A stretch of DNA of 32,000 nt from Geotalea uraniireducens Rf4. Its GTDB lineage: Bacteria > Desulfobacterota > Desulfuromonadia > Geobacterales > Geobacteraceae. The notes beneath the pieces are model-generated. The model saw only the letters and a program-made list of their open reading frames with translations, made no database searches and had not been told where the DNA came from. Positions 15,199 through 24,383 of this stretch are shown here, one piece after another. Position 1 is the first letter of the stretch, and every line of letters starts with the position of its first letter. Location of the stretch: the NCBI RefSeq assembly GCF_000016745.1, contig NC_009483.1, forward strand, positions 3,060,001 through 3,092,000, given 5' to 3'. Position numbers and translations under genes: made by a program.

Positions 15199-16080
15199 TC
15201 ATCGCATCAGGCTGAGAACGATGATATTCGACACCCCGGCCACGGCCGTAAACAGCCATGCACTCAGGAAGGTGAGCTGCCACTTGAAGCGGGCATAGTT
15301 CATGTCGATGAAAATCTCGAAAAGAAAGGTCGCCATGGCCATGACGAGGGCCAGCCAGGGAGTAAAGGCAAAGAAGAGGTAGATCATGCCGAGCAGCAAC
15401 ACGGTTTCATACCAGTGCGCGATCTCGATGAGGGCAAGCGCGGGCCCGACGAATTCGGTGGTGATCCCGCTGACGATTTCCTGGTGAGCGTGATGGGACA
15501 TGGAAAGGTCGAACGGCGACTTTCTGAATTTGATGGTAAGAATGAACAGAAAGCCGGCAAACACCCCGGGCAGAAAAAGGATCAGCGGCGCGTGATGCTG
15601 GGCAATCGTCCCCACCCTGAAGCTTCCAGTAACCTGGTACATACCGACCGCCATGAGGATGACCATCGGCTCATAGGCGACCATCTGGATGATTTCGCGC
15701 TCCGCCCCGAGGTGACTGTAAGGGGAGGCGACACAGTAACCGCCCAGTACGAAGAAGGTTCCTGCCAGGGCCAGGCTGAAGATGATCAGCAGGAGATCGG
15801 CCCCGGCGAAGAAGAGGGCCCCGGAAAACATGGTGAAGAGCAGAAAGAGCACGATGGGAAAATCCTGGAATTTGTTGACGATGATCCGTTCTTTGCGCAA
15901 CAGTTTGAAGACATCATAGAACGGCTGCATCACCGGCGGACCGTAGCGCCCCTGCAGGCGCGCACTCACCTTGCGATCGATCCCGGCCAGCAGCCCACCC
16001 GCAAGCGGTGCGAGCAGCACGAACGCCAGCATCCGTTCGATGATGCTCCAGGACCTTATCAACTCGTAGATGCCGTTCAT
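15199..16080 (-). CDS. NuoH/EchB/MbhM-like integral membrane subunit
   Basis: Track ORF 15199..16095 begins at a GTG. I prefer the ATG at 16080, preceded by AGGAG with a 6-nt spacer. Polytopic; RLQGRYGPPVMQPFYDVFKLLRKE is the NuoH-family signature region. Confidence 0.8.
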   Translation of the reverse strand: MNGIYELIRSWSIIERMLAFVLLAPLAGGLLAGIDRKVSARLQGRYGPPVMQPFYDVFKLLRKERIIVNKFQDFPIVLFLLFTMFSGALFFAGADLLLIIFSLALAGTFFVLGGYCVASPYSHLGAEREIIQMVAYEPMVILMAVGMYQVTGSFRVGTIAQHHAPLILFLPGVFAGFLFILTIKFRKSPFDLSMSHHAHQEIVSGITTEFVGPALALIEIAHWYETVLLLGMIYLFFAFTPWLALVMAMATFLFEIFIDMNYARFKWQLTFLSAWLFTAVAGVSNIIVLSLMR

Positions 16081-16230
16081 ATGAGGCTCCTGCACTACGT
16101 CGAAACCTTTGAACCGCCCGCTCCCTCCGGTCGCTCAAGACGCGAAGGACGCCAGGAAAATCCAAGGCGTTTTGGTTTTAGAAACCTTAAAAAAGGATTT
16201 TTTCCAAGGTCCTTGCAATCTGCATTTCTC

Positions 16231-16267
16231 CCCCTCTCCCTAACCCTCTTCCACCAGGGGAGAGGGG
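16231..16267. repeat. C-tract/G-tract palindromic (REP-like) hairpin
   Basis: CCCCTCTCCC (16231-16240) pairs with GGGAGAGGGG (16258-16267), giving a 10-bp stem and 17-nt loop. A second hairpin follows: CCCCTCC (16278-16284) with GGAGGGG (16292-16298). Confidence 0.6.
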
Positions 16268-16290
16268 ATTACAAGCGCCCCTCCTTCGAT

Positions 16291-16309
16291 GGGAGGGGGT
16301 GGGGGAGGG
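16291..16309 (+). other. G-quadruplex-forming motif GGGAGGGGGTGGGGGAGGG
   Basis: Four G-runs of at least 3 separated by 1-nt loops on the plus strand, which is the template strand for the minus-strand operon. Confidence 0.5.
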
Positions 16310-16378
16310 TGCATGGCAGTGATTTCATGCCCAAATGATAAGTGCAATTTTCTAACCGGACGATGCTGGTTTTTTTCC

Positions 16379-16397
16379 TTTCTTTGCGTTCTTTGCG
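16379..16397. repeat. Partial (19-bp) copy of the CTTTGCG repeat family
   Basis: TTTCTTTGCGTTCTTTGCG is identical to positions 2-20 of the reverse complement of 14071-14105. Confidence 0.7.
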
Positions 16398-16466
16398 TCT
16401 TGCCTAAGGGCACCTACTTCTGGTTGCGGTTACAGCGGTTTTTGCAAGGCGCAGGTAACATGCGCT

Positions 16467-18365
16467 TCACAAGGCTGCCACCCCGAACATGATGAAGAGC
16501 AACGTCAACGAAACAAAAATCCCGACATTGCACCACCGTTCTTCCCCGAAGTACTTCGTCAGGTAGTAGTTCCTGAGCTCGATTGTCTGCGTCGAAGCCA
16601 TGGCCCCTTCAAAGGTCACATTGTCGATATTCCCACCGCCAAGGTAGGTGCCGACCCGTTTGTAGTGCTTGTTGATGAAGGCATAGTAGAGGAGGCCGAG
16701 GGGAAGGATAATCAGCAGGCCCACCATGATGATGAACACGATGAGGACATTGAAGGTATCGACAACGGGCGTCTTCCCGAACATTTCCAGGAGATAGGGG
16801 TTGATGACGTGGAAGGAGATGAACGGAAAGCCGAGGCAGACTGCCACCGTGGCAACGGCCAGGATGCCCAGGGTGATCCATTCCCAGCGGCTCACCCGGT
16901 GCTCCAGAACCTCGGTTACGCCATGCTTGATGGAGATGATCTTGCCCATCCACTTGGTCCAGAAGAAGACCGTGGCGGCGCTGCCGTAGGCCAGGATGAT
17001 CGCCATGGCCGGATTGCTCTCGACAAAGGCCTTGAGGGTAATGAACTTGCTGATGATCATCCCGAACGGCGCCAGAAACATCCCGGCCATGCCGGTCATC
17101 ATGACCGCAGTGAGCTTGGGCAGGCGCATGATCAGGTAGTCCATGTCCTCGATGTCGCGGCTGTCCAGCTTGTATTCGATGATGCCCACACAAAGGAAGA
17201 GGAGCGACTTCGCCACCGCATGGAAGATGATCAGCAGGATCGCGGACCACACCGCCGCATCGGTGTTCACCCCCGCACAGGCGACGATGAGCCCCAGATT
17301 GGAGATGGTGGAATAGGCGAGCACTTTTTTGGCATTGCTCTGGGAAATGGCGATCAGTGCCGTGATGAGGAAGCTCACCCCGCCGATGAGGGTGAGCATC
17401 TTGGCCGCCGCGGTGTGCTCCATGACCGGCGCGACCCGCAGGATGAGGTAGACCCCGGCCTTGACCATCGTGCTCGAATGGAGCAGCGCCGACACCGGCG
17501 TGGGCGCCACCATGGCGCCGGTCAGCCAGGAGGAAAACGGGAACTGCGCCGACTTCACCAGGCCGGCAAAGGCAAGGCAGACGGCAGGGAGCAGCACCAG
17601 CCCCTTGTCGAGCCGAAGCATTTTGTCCAGTTCCATGATCCCTGAGGATGAGTAGAGGCAGACAAGGCCAACGGCGAACACCACCCCGCCGATCAGGTTC
17701 ATGTTCAGCGCCCTGAAAGCGCTCTCACGGGATGCCTCGTCGTCCCGATAGCCGATCAGCAGGAACGAGCAGACGGTGGTTATCTCCCAGAAGAAGTAGA
17801 GCCACATGAGGTTGTTGGAAAAGACGATGCCGAACATGGCGGAGAGAAAGAGGTACATGAGGAACGCGAAGTATCTGCGCCTGTCTTTTACTTCCTTGTA
17901 GTGCTCGTGATATTCGGGGAGGTAGCCGATGGCGTAGAGGCAGATGGCGCTGCCGATGATGCCGACAATGAGCGCCATGATGATGGAGAGCTTGTCCACG
18001 AACAGGCTGTGCTCGACCTGCATCCCGTGTCCGGAGGTGAACTCGAAAACCACCATGATGATCGACTGGACGACCACCAGAAGGACCGGGAGATATCTCT
18101 TCGCCCTGACGGATACATACACGATGAAGACGGCAACGAAGAGCTCGACAAGGAGCATGCCGATGTCGATGAGCGGGCTCTCCAGGTGAAAATACGCCGG
18201 CCCCCGGTCAAGATTGGTAACGAGGAGATAGATCGGCACGGCGCAGAGAGTGATATTGACGCACGCGCCGACAGCCTTTCTTGCGACAAGGCTGAGCGGC
18301 GGCACCAGCGCCAGGAAGGAAACTGCCAGGGGGAACACGATCAGAAAAATCAAAGCGTTCATCAT
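16467..18365 (-). CDS. NuoL/EchA/MbhH-like proton-conducting antiporter-type membrane subunit
   Basis: Track ORF 16467..18392 (641 aa). Many TM helices and NuoL/Mrp-type motifs (WEITTVCSFLLIGY, SALLHSSTMVKAGVYL). Candidate starts are 18392, 18380 and 18365; the ATG at 18365 has a GAGG 6 nt upstream. Confidence 0.8.
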   Translation of the reverse strand: MMNALIFLIVFPLAVSFLALVPPLSLVARKAVGACVNITLCAVPIYLLVTNLDRGPAYFHLESPLIDIGMLLVELFVAVFIVYVSVRAKRYLPVLLVVVQSIIMVVFEFTSGHGMQVEHSLFVDKLSIIMALIVGIIGSAICLYAIGYLPEYHEHYKEVKDRRRYFAFLMYLFLSAMFGIVFSNNLMWLYFFWEITTVCSFLLIGYRDDEASRESAFRALNMNLIGGVVFAVGLVCLYSSSGIMELDKMLRLDKGLVLLPAVCLAFAGLVKSAQFPFSSWLTGAMVAPTPVSALLHSSTMVKAGVYLILRVAPVMEHTAAAKMLTLIGGVSFLITALIAISQSNAKKVLAYSTISNLGLIVACAGVNTDAAVWSAILLIIFHAVAKSLLFLCVGIIEYKLDSRDIEDMDYLIMRLPKLTAVMMTGMAGMFLAPFGMIISKFITLKAFVESNPAMAIILAYGSAATVFFWTKWMGKIISIKHGVTEVLEHRVSRWEWITLGILAVATVAVCLGFPFISFHVINPYLLEMFGKTPVVDTFNVLIVFIIMVGLLIILPLGLLYYAFINKHYKRVGTYLGGGNIDNVTFEGAMASTQTIELRNYYLTKYFGEERWCNVGIFVSLTLLFIMFGVAAL

Positions 18366-18445
18366 CTCGACCTCATCCATGGTGGTTAACATCCAAAATG
18401 AGAGGCGCCAATGGCATTCATCGATATCTGAAATTTATTTTATTA

Positions 18446-18454
18446 ACTATACCA
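18446..18454 (-). promoter_or_regulatory. Candidate extended -10 promoter (TGGTATAGT) upstream of the Ech-like operon
   Basis: The minus strand reads TGGTATAGT inside the only AT-rich patch of the pgm to nuoL-like spacer. The -35 element is poor. Confidence 0.25.
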
Positions 18455-18508
18455 CACCAAATCGGCTTTCCCATGGCAAGGGTAAATCGTAGCCACAAAG
18501 GAACTTAC

Positions 18509-20167
18509 TCAGGCTCCAGCCTCAGCTAACGCGGCGTTGACGATGGCCACGGCCTCTTCCTGAATCCTCTGTAGATGTTCCTCCCCCAGAAAACTCTCCG
18601 CATAAATCTTGTAGATGTCCTCCGTGCCTGACGGACGCGCCGCAAACCACCCGTTCTGCGTCAGTACCTTAAGCCCCCCGATGTCGGCGTCATTCCCCGG
18701 CGCCCGGGTCAGTTTTGCCGTGATCGGCTCTCCGGCCAGCTCCTGCGCCGTCACCAGCTCCGGAGAGAGTTTCTTCAGGACCTTCTTCTGCTCCGCTGTC
18801 GCCGGGGCATCGATCCGGGTGTACGCCGGACTGCCGAAGCGGCTTTCGAGCTCATGGTACTGTTCGGCGGGGTCCCTGCCGGTCCTGGCGGTCATTTCGC
18901 AGGCGAGGAGATCCATGATGATGCCGTCCTTGTCGGTCGTCCAGACCGTGCCGTTTCTTCTGAGAAACGAAGCGCCGGCGCTCTCCTCGCCGCCGAATCC
19001 GAAGGAGCCGTCGATAAGCCCGTCCACAAACCACTTGAATCCGACGGGCACCTCAACTACCCTTCTCCCGAGCGCTGCGCCGACCCTGTCGATCATGGAC
19101 GTGGATACGAGGGTCTTGCCGATGGCGGCGTCCCTGCTCCACCCGTCCCTGTTCCGGAAGAGATACCAGACGGCGGCGGAGAGATAGTGGTTCGGGTTCA
19201 TGAGACCTTCCCTTTTTGTCACTATGCCGTGCCGGTCGACATCCGTGTCATTGCCGCAGGCGATGTCGAAACGGTCCTTCATCTGGATGAGGCTTGCCAT
19301 GGCAAAGGGGGACGAGCAGTCCATCCGGATCTTGCCGTCCTTGTCCAGGGTCATGAAGGAAAACGTGGGATCGACCATGCGATTGACCACGTCCAGTTTC
19401 AGGCCATAGCGCTCGGCGATGGGGTCCCAGAATGCAACCGCTGCCCCGCCGAGCGGGTCTATGCCGATCCTGATCCCCGCAGCTGCTATGAGCTCCATGT
19501 CGATGACGTTTCCGAGGTCGTTGACATAGGGTGAGACGTAGTCATGACGGTGGATGCACTCCGCCCCGATCGCCCTCGGGAACGGTATTCTCCTGACATC
19601 CTTTAGCCCCTGGGCCAGCAGTTCGTTGGCCCTCTTTTCGATGACCGTCGTGGTTGCCGTATCCGCCGGACCGCCATGGGGCGGATTGTACTTGAACCCG
19701 CCGTCTTCAGGGGGGTTGTGGGACGGGGTGACGACCACGCCGTCGGCCCGGTTCGTCCTCTCCCCGCGCTCGCGATTCCAGGTGAGGATGGCATGGGATA
19801 TCACCGGGGTCGGCGTATACCCGAGACCATCCTGGATGAACACCTCCACGTCGTTCGCGGCAAAGACCTCGATGGCACTCGCAAAGGCCGGTTCGGACAG
19901 GGCATGCGAATCCATGCCGAGGAAGAGCGGCCCCTCGATCCGCTGCGCCTTCCGGTACTCGCAGATGGCCTGGCTGACGGCAAGGATATGCGCCTCGTTG
20001 AAGCTGCTTTTCAGCGACGACCCCCGGTGGCCCGAGGTGCCGAAGGCGACCCGCTGCGCCGGGTCGGTGACATCCGGCGCATGGATGTAATAGGCCGAGA
20101 TGAGCCTCGGAATGTTCGCCAGCATCGACCGTGGCGCCGGCTTCCCGGCAAATTCATGCGCATCCAT
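18509..20167 (-). CDS. pgm: Phosphoglucomutase, alpha-D-glucose phosphate-specific
   Basis: 552 aa from the ATG at 20167 (20170 is TTG). GTSGHRG, active-site loop [15 protein letters not shown], and GGEESAG near the C-terminal domain. Confidence 0.9.
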   Translation of the reverse strand: MDAHEFAGKPAPRSMLANIPRLISAYYIHAPDVTDPAQRVAFGTSGHRGSSLKSSFNEAHILAVSQAICEYRKAQRIEGPLFLGMDSHALSEPAFASAIEVFAANDVEVFIQDGLGYTPTPVISHAILTWNRERGERTNRADGVVVTPSHNPPEDGGFKYNPPHGGPADTATTTVIEKRANELLAQGLKDVRRIPFPRAIGAECIHRHDYVSPYVNDLGNVIDMELIAAAGIRIGIDPLGGAAVAFWDPIAERYGLKLDVVNRMVDPTFSFMTLDKDGKIRMDCSSPFAMASLIQMKDRFDIACGNDTDVDRHGIVTKREGLMNPNHYLSAAVWYLFRNRDGWSRDAAIGKTLVSTSMIDRVGAALGRRVVEVPVGFKWFVDGLIDGSFGFGGEESAGASFLRRNGTVWTTDKDGIIMDLLACEMTARTGRDPAEQYHELESRFGSPAYTRIDAPATAEQKKVLKKLSPELVTAQELAGEPITAKLTRAPGNDADIGGLKVLTQNGWFAARPSGTEDIYKIYAESFLGEEHLQRIQEEAVAIVNAALAEAGA

Positions 20168-20205
20168 CAACTTCTCCCCTTCCCGCCTGTATTGCCCGGT
20201 AGTTC

Positions 20206-21627
20206 CTACAGGGCGATGATCTCCATCCGGTTGTGCGTCCCGGGATGCTTTGTCGAGGGGCCTTCGGTAAGGATTGCCATGTCCCCGGTCACCCCATACT
20301 TCGCAAGCCAGCTCCGCACAAAAGAATCCCAGTCCTCCGGATGCTCCGGCTCGAACACGGGAAACACCCCGTAGGAAAAGGCGAGGTTCTGGCAGGTCTG
20401 TTCAAGTGAACTCACTGCCACGGTCCAGACCGGCATTCTGAAGAGCGACAGGCTCCGGGCGGTTAATCCGCTGTGGGTCGGGACGAAGACCGCCGCGGGA
20501 GGTGCGTACGTAATGCTCGCCTCGACCGCCATGGCAATGAGGTGCCCGGGCTTCAGCCTCCCCTTGAGGTCTATACCCTCGAAGAGTCCCTTGACCGTGA
20601 CCGGCTGTTTGTGGGGCTCGACGGTGGCCGCTATCCTGGCAAGCATCTCTACGGCATCCACGGGATACTTGCCCATGGCCGACTCTCCCGAGAGCATGAC
20701 GCAATCGGTGCCGTCGAGGATGGCGTTTGCCACATCGGTGGCCTCGGCGCGTGTCGGCCGCCTGTTCTCGGTCATGGATTCGAGCATCTGCGTTGCCGTT
20801 ATAACCGGCTTGGCGTACCGGTTGGCCTGGCGCATGAGATCCTTCTGGATAATGGCGATCCTTTCTATCGGTACCTCCACGCCCAGGTCGCCCCGGGCGA
20901 TCATGATGCCGTCCGCAGCATCCAAGATGTCATCCATATGTTCAAGGGCGTTCGACCGCTCGATCTTGGCGATGATGAACGGGTGGTAGTCGAGCGCTTC
21001 CGCAGCCTGACGGACAGCCCTGATGTCGGCACCGGACTCGACAAAGGACTGGCTGACCGCGTCGACTCCCTCTTGTGCTGCGAACTTCAGGCACGCGTGA
21101 TCACGCTCCGTGAAGGCGTTGATGCCGAGATTGATACCGGGGAGATTGAGTCCCTTGCGGGAGCGCAACTCGCCGCCCACGACCACCCGGCAGACAACGT
21201 CGCTTCCGGTGACTGACTCGACCTCCAGCTGGATGATGCCATCATTGAGGAAGAGCGCATCACCGGGCTTGACCGCCTGGGGCAGCCGATTGAAGGAAAC
21301 CGACACCCTGCCCCTGTCACCGTCGATCTCGTCGGTCGTCAACACGAAGGGATCACCCGGGTTCAGTTCGATCGGCTCTTCTTTCAGCTTGCCGATGCGC
21401 ATCTTGGGTCCGGAGAGGTCGGCCATGATCGCTATCCGGCAACCTGTGGACATGGACACGGCCCGGAGATTATCGATCACCCGCTTGTGGGCGGCGAAGT
21501 CGCCATGGGAAAAGTTCAAGCGGGCGACGTTCATCCCCCCCCGTGCCATCCGTTCCATAACCTCCCGAGATTCGGAGGCCGGGCCGATGGTGCAGACGAT
21601 CTTGGTCTTGTGGTCGGCAAGGTTCAC
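20206..21627 (-). CDS. pyk: Pyruvate kinase
   Basis: 473 aa. [40 protein letters not shown] start at 21625-21627 with AAGGAG upstream. Confidence 0.9.
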   Translation of the reverse strand: MNLADHKTKIVCTIGPASESREVMERMARGGMNVARLNFSHGDFAAHKRVIDNLRAVSMSTGCRIAIMADLSGPKMRIGKLKEEPIELNPGDPFVLTTDEIDGDRGRVSVSFNRLPQAVKPGDALFLNDGIIQLEVESVTGSDVVCRVVVGGELRSRKGLNLPGINLGINAFTERDHACLKFAAQEGVDAVSQSFVESGADIRAVRQAAEALDYHPFIIAKIERSNALEHMDDILDAADGIMIARGDLGVEVPIERIAIIQKDLMRQANRYAKPVITATQMLESMTENRRPTRAEATDVANAILDGTDCVMLSGESAMGKYPVDAVEMLARIAATVEPHKQPVTVKGLFEGIDLKGRLKPGHLIAMAVEASITYAPPAAVFVPTHSGLTARSLSLFRMPVWTVAVSSLEQTCQNLAFSYGVFPVFEPEHPEDWDSFVRSWLAKYGVTGDMAILTEGPSTKHPGTHNRMEIIAL

Positions 21628-21735
21628 GGAGTTTCTCCTTGTTTTACCGTATTCATAACCCTACGTGAGGCAAATCGGAATCCACCATGAAGTCACGTAG
21701 GACACGAAGGTAACCCATCTAAAAGGTTATTGTTT

Positions 21736-21769
21736 TTCTTCGTGCTCTTCGTGCCTTCGTGGTGAAAAA
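21736..21769. repeat. CTTCGTG-variant intergenic repeat
   Basis: TTCTTCGTGCTCTTCGTGCCTTCGTGGTGAAAAA has the same three-unit plus purine-tail architecture as 14662-14696, with TCGTG in place of TTGCG. CACGAAGG at 21703-21710 can pair with CCTTCGTG at 21754-21761. Confidence 0.5.
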
Positions 21770-21778
21770 GGTTTTTGT

Positions 21779-23047
21779 TTATTGCCCCGTTTTCATACGC
21801 TTTTCGATGACCGCTTCGGCCTGGAGCGCGATTTCCAGTTCCTCATTGGTGGGCACAACGAGGACCCTGACTGCGGTTTCTTCCTCCTGAATCTCTGCGG
21901 CCTTCCCCGCCACTGCGCCGTTCTTCCGTGCGTCCACGGAAATCCCGAGGTTCCGCAAACCGGCACACACTGCGCTGCGCACCGCCGCCGAGTTTTCCCC
22001 GATACCGCCGGTGAAGATCATGGCATCGAGACGGCCGAGCACGGCACAGTACGCACCGATGTACTTCCTGACCCGGTAGCAGAACATGTCGAAGGCCAGC
22101 GCGGCACGTTCGTCCCCTTCGCTGGCCCGTTGTTGGATCTCCCGCATGTCGGAAAAGCCGCAGACACCTTTGAGCCCGCTTTCCTTGTTCAGGAGGTTTT
22201 CCACCTTCTCGGGCGTCAGTGCCAGCTGCCGGATGAGATAGAAAGGTATCGCCGGGTCGAGGTCGCCGCTGCGCGTTCCCATGACGAGACCTTCCAGGGG
22301 GGTCATCCCCATGGAGGTGTCGATGCACTCCCCTGCCCGGATGGCAGCGACGCTGGCACCGTTGCCGAGATGCAGGGTGATGAGGTTGAGCTCTTCCATA
22401 GGGTGCCCCAGGAATTGCGCCGCTTCCCGTGCGACAAAGGCATGGGAGGCCCCGTGAAACCCGTACCTGCGGACCTGGTACTTCTCGTAGAGTTCATGGG
22501 GCAAGGCATAGCGATAGGCAGCCGGAGGGAGCGTCTGATGGAACGCCGTGTCGAAGACCGCCACCTGCGGAATTCCGTGGAAGCGCATCCGGGCCGCTTC
22601 GATGCCGAGGAGATTGGAGGGGTTGTGGAGCGGGGCCAGCGGAATGAGCCTCTCGATGGCTGCCACGACCTCGTCATCGACTATGGCCGGCTCCCGGAAC
22701 AGCTCCCCGCCGTGCACCACGCGATGGCCGACGCAGAAGAGCTCCGCGTCGTCCCGGATGATCCGGTTCTCCCGGTTCATGTCCACCATGAAATTGAAGG
22801 CCTCATGGTGATCGGCGAGGGGCTTCATATGCACCTGCTCGACGAAGGTGCCGTCCGCCTGCAGGCGGCTCTGGCGCATGCGCCCCTCCGCGCTGCCGAT
22901 CCTTTCCACCAGCCCCGTGGCAAGCTTTGTCCGCTTTTTCCGGTCGAACACCTCGTACTTGATCGAGGAGCTACCGCAGTTGATGACCCCGACTTTCGTG
23001 CCTTTTTCCCCGGACAGGGACTCTTCGATGTCGTGACGCTCAGACAT
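21779..23047 (-). CDS. ackA: Acetate kinase
   Basis: 422 aa. VINCGSSSIKYEVF, VGHRVVHGG, RRYGFHGASH, FTGGIGENS. GGGAGG RBS. Confidence 0.9.
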   Translation of the reverse strand: MSERHDIEESLSGEKGTKVGVINCGSSSIKYEVFDRKKRTKLATGLVERIGSAEGRMRQSRLQADGTFVEQVHMKPLADHHEAFNFMVDMNRENRIIRDDAELFCVGHRVVHGGELFREPAIVDDEVVAAIERLIPLAPLHNPSNLLGIEAARMRFHGIPQVAVFDTAFHQTLPPAAYRYALPHELYEKYQVRRYGFHGASHAFVAREAAQFLGHPMEELNLITLHLGNGASVAAIRAGECIDTSMGMTPLEGLVMGTRSGDLDPAIPFYLIRQLALTPEKVENLLNKESGLKGVCGFSDMREIQQRASEGDERAALAFDMFCYRVRKYIGAYCAVLGRLDAMIFTGGIGENSAAVRSAVCAGLRNLGISVDARKNGAVAGKAAEIQEEETAVRVLVVPTNEELEIALQAEAVIEKRMKTGQ

Positions 23048-23084
23048 AATCTACCTCCCTCTCGCCAGGCGCTCCGGCCGAATG

Positions 23085-24374
23085 TCAGCGTATGTCCCGT
23101 GGCTGACCGGTGGAGGCAAGCACGCTGCTCCAGAGCCACCCATCGGGGTCGATCTTCTTCCTCTGCCGCGTGGCAAGATCGATCGGCACATGGGTAAACT
23201 GGTTGTTCCAGAACCCCACCACCATGTTGGTCCGCCCCGCCATCCCCGCGTGCACCGCGTTGTGACCAAGCAGGAGACAGAGGGCCGAATCGTGGGGATT
23301 TGCCGGCTGGCTCCGGATGATGTAGCTCGGGTCGATATACTTGAGATTGATCTCCCGTCCGCTGCGTGCGAAATGCTCCTTGATGGCGTCCCGCAGATAC
23401 GTCCCGATGTCGCCCAGCTTGACATTGCCCGAGGCATCGCGCCCCCCCGTGGCTGCCAGGAGTTCCTGGCCGGCCCCCTCTGCCACGACGATCACCGCGT
23501 GCCCCCGTGCCGTAAGCCGCTCCTCCAGGCTTCGGAGCAGTCCCGGCAGGGTGAAGGGTACCTCGGGGACCAGGCAATAATTCACCTGGCTGTCCACCAG
23601 TGCCGTGTACGCGGCGATGAATCCCGAGTCGCGCCCCATGAGCTTCACCAGACCGATGCCGTTCTTTGCCCCGAGGGCCTCGGTGTTGGCGGCGTAGGTA
23701 GCCAGTTTCGCCTCGGCTACGGCGGTTTCAAAACCGAAAGTCGTCTGGATGAAGGAAATGTCATTGTCGATGGTCTTCGGGATGCCGATGACGCTGATGG
23801 GACGCCCCCGCCGGGCCGCCTCCCCGGCTATCTTCCCTGCCCCCTTCAGGGTGCCGTCCCCGCCGATGGCGAAGAGGATGCCGATTCCCAGTTCCTCCAC
23901 GTTGTCGACCATTTCGGCCGGATCCTGTGGCCCCCGGGAAGAGGCGAGAATCGTCCCCCCCATCTCGCCGATGCGCTCCACCACCTCGGGGGTAAGATCG
24001 AGGGGGTTGTGACCGAGGCGCTTCACCAGACCTTCGTAGCCGTAGCGGAAGCCGTAGATTCGCCGAACGCCGTAGTGATGGTAGAGGCTCAGCACAACTG
24101 CGCGGATCACGTTGTTGATCCCCGGGCAGAGGCCGCCGCATGTCACAATGCCGCAGGCGATGGTCGCCGGGTCGAAGAAGATCCGTTCCCGCGGCCCGGC
24201 CAGTTCCAGCGCCGGCGGCTCCGCTCCCGCTGCGAGGTACGGTTTCATGTCATCGAAGCGGGAGTGGTACATGATCCGCTCGCCGTCGCCGGCAAACCGG
24301 CCTTTGCGCATGGGCGACGGAAAGCGGCACTCGCCGAGCCGCTCGATGGTGAAGTCCAGATCCTGGTCAGTCAT
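23085..24374 (-). CDS. pfkA: 6-phosphofructokinase, ATP-dependent type by motif
   Basis: 429 aa. TCGGLCPGINNVIR, FAIGGDGTLKGA (GGDG rather than the PPi-type GGDD), IGIPKTIDND. Confidence 0.85.
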   Translation of the reverse strand: MTDQDLDFTIERLGECRFPSPMRKGRFAGDGERIMYHSRFDDMKPYLAAGAEPPALELAGPRERIFFDPATIACGIVTCGGLCPGINNVIRAVVLSLYHHYGVRRIYGFRYGYEGLVKRLGHNPLDLTPEVVERIGEMGGTILASSRGPQDPAEMVDNVEELGIGILFAIGGDGTLKGAGKIAGEAARRGRPISVIGIPKTIDNDISFIQTTFGFETAVAEAKLATYAANTEALGAKNGIGLVKLMGRDSGFIAAYTALVDSQVNYCLVPEVPFTLPGLLRSLEERLTARGHAVIVVAEGAGQELLAATGGRDASGNVKLGDIGTYLRDAIKEHFARSGREINLKYIDPSYIIRSQPANPHDSALCLLLGHNAVHAGMAGRTNMVVGFWNNQFTHVPIDLATRQRKKIDPDGWLWSSVLASTGQPRDIR

Positions 24375-24383
24375 GGCACCCCC

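Noticed and set aside
14071-16397. A possible CRISPR array formed by the CTTTGCG repeats
   Set aside because: The units are 8-9 nt and directly abutting, with no spacers. Copies are inverted relative to each other and scattered. No cas genes are present in the window.
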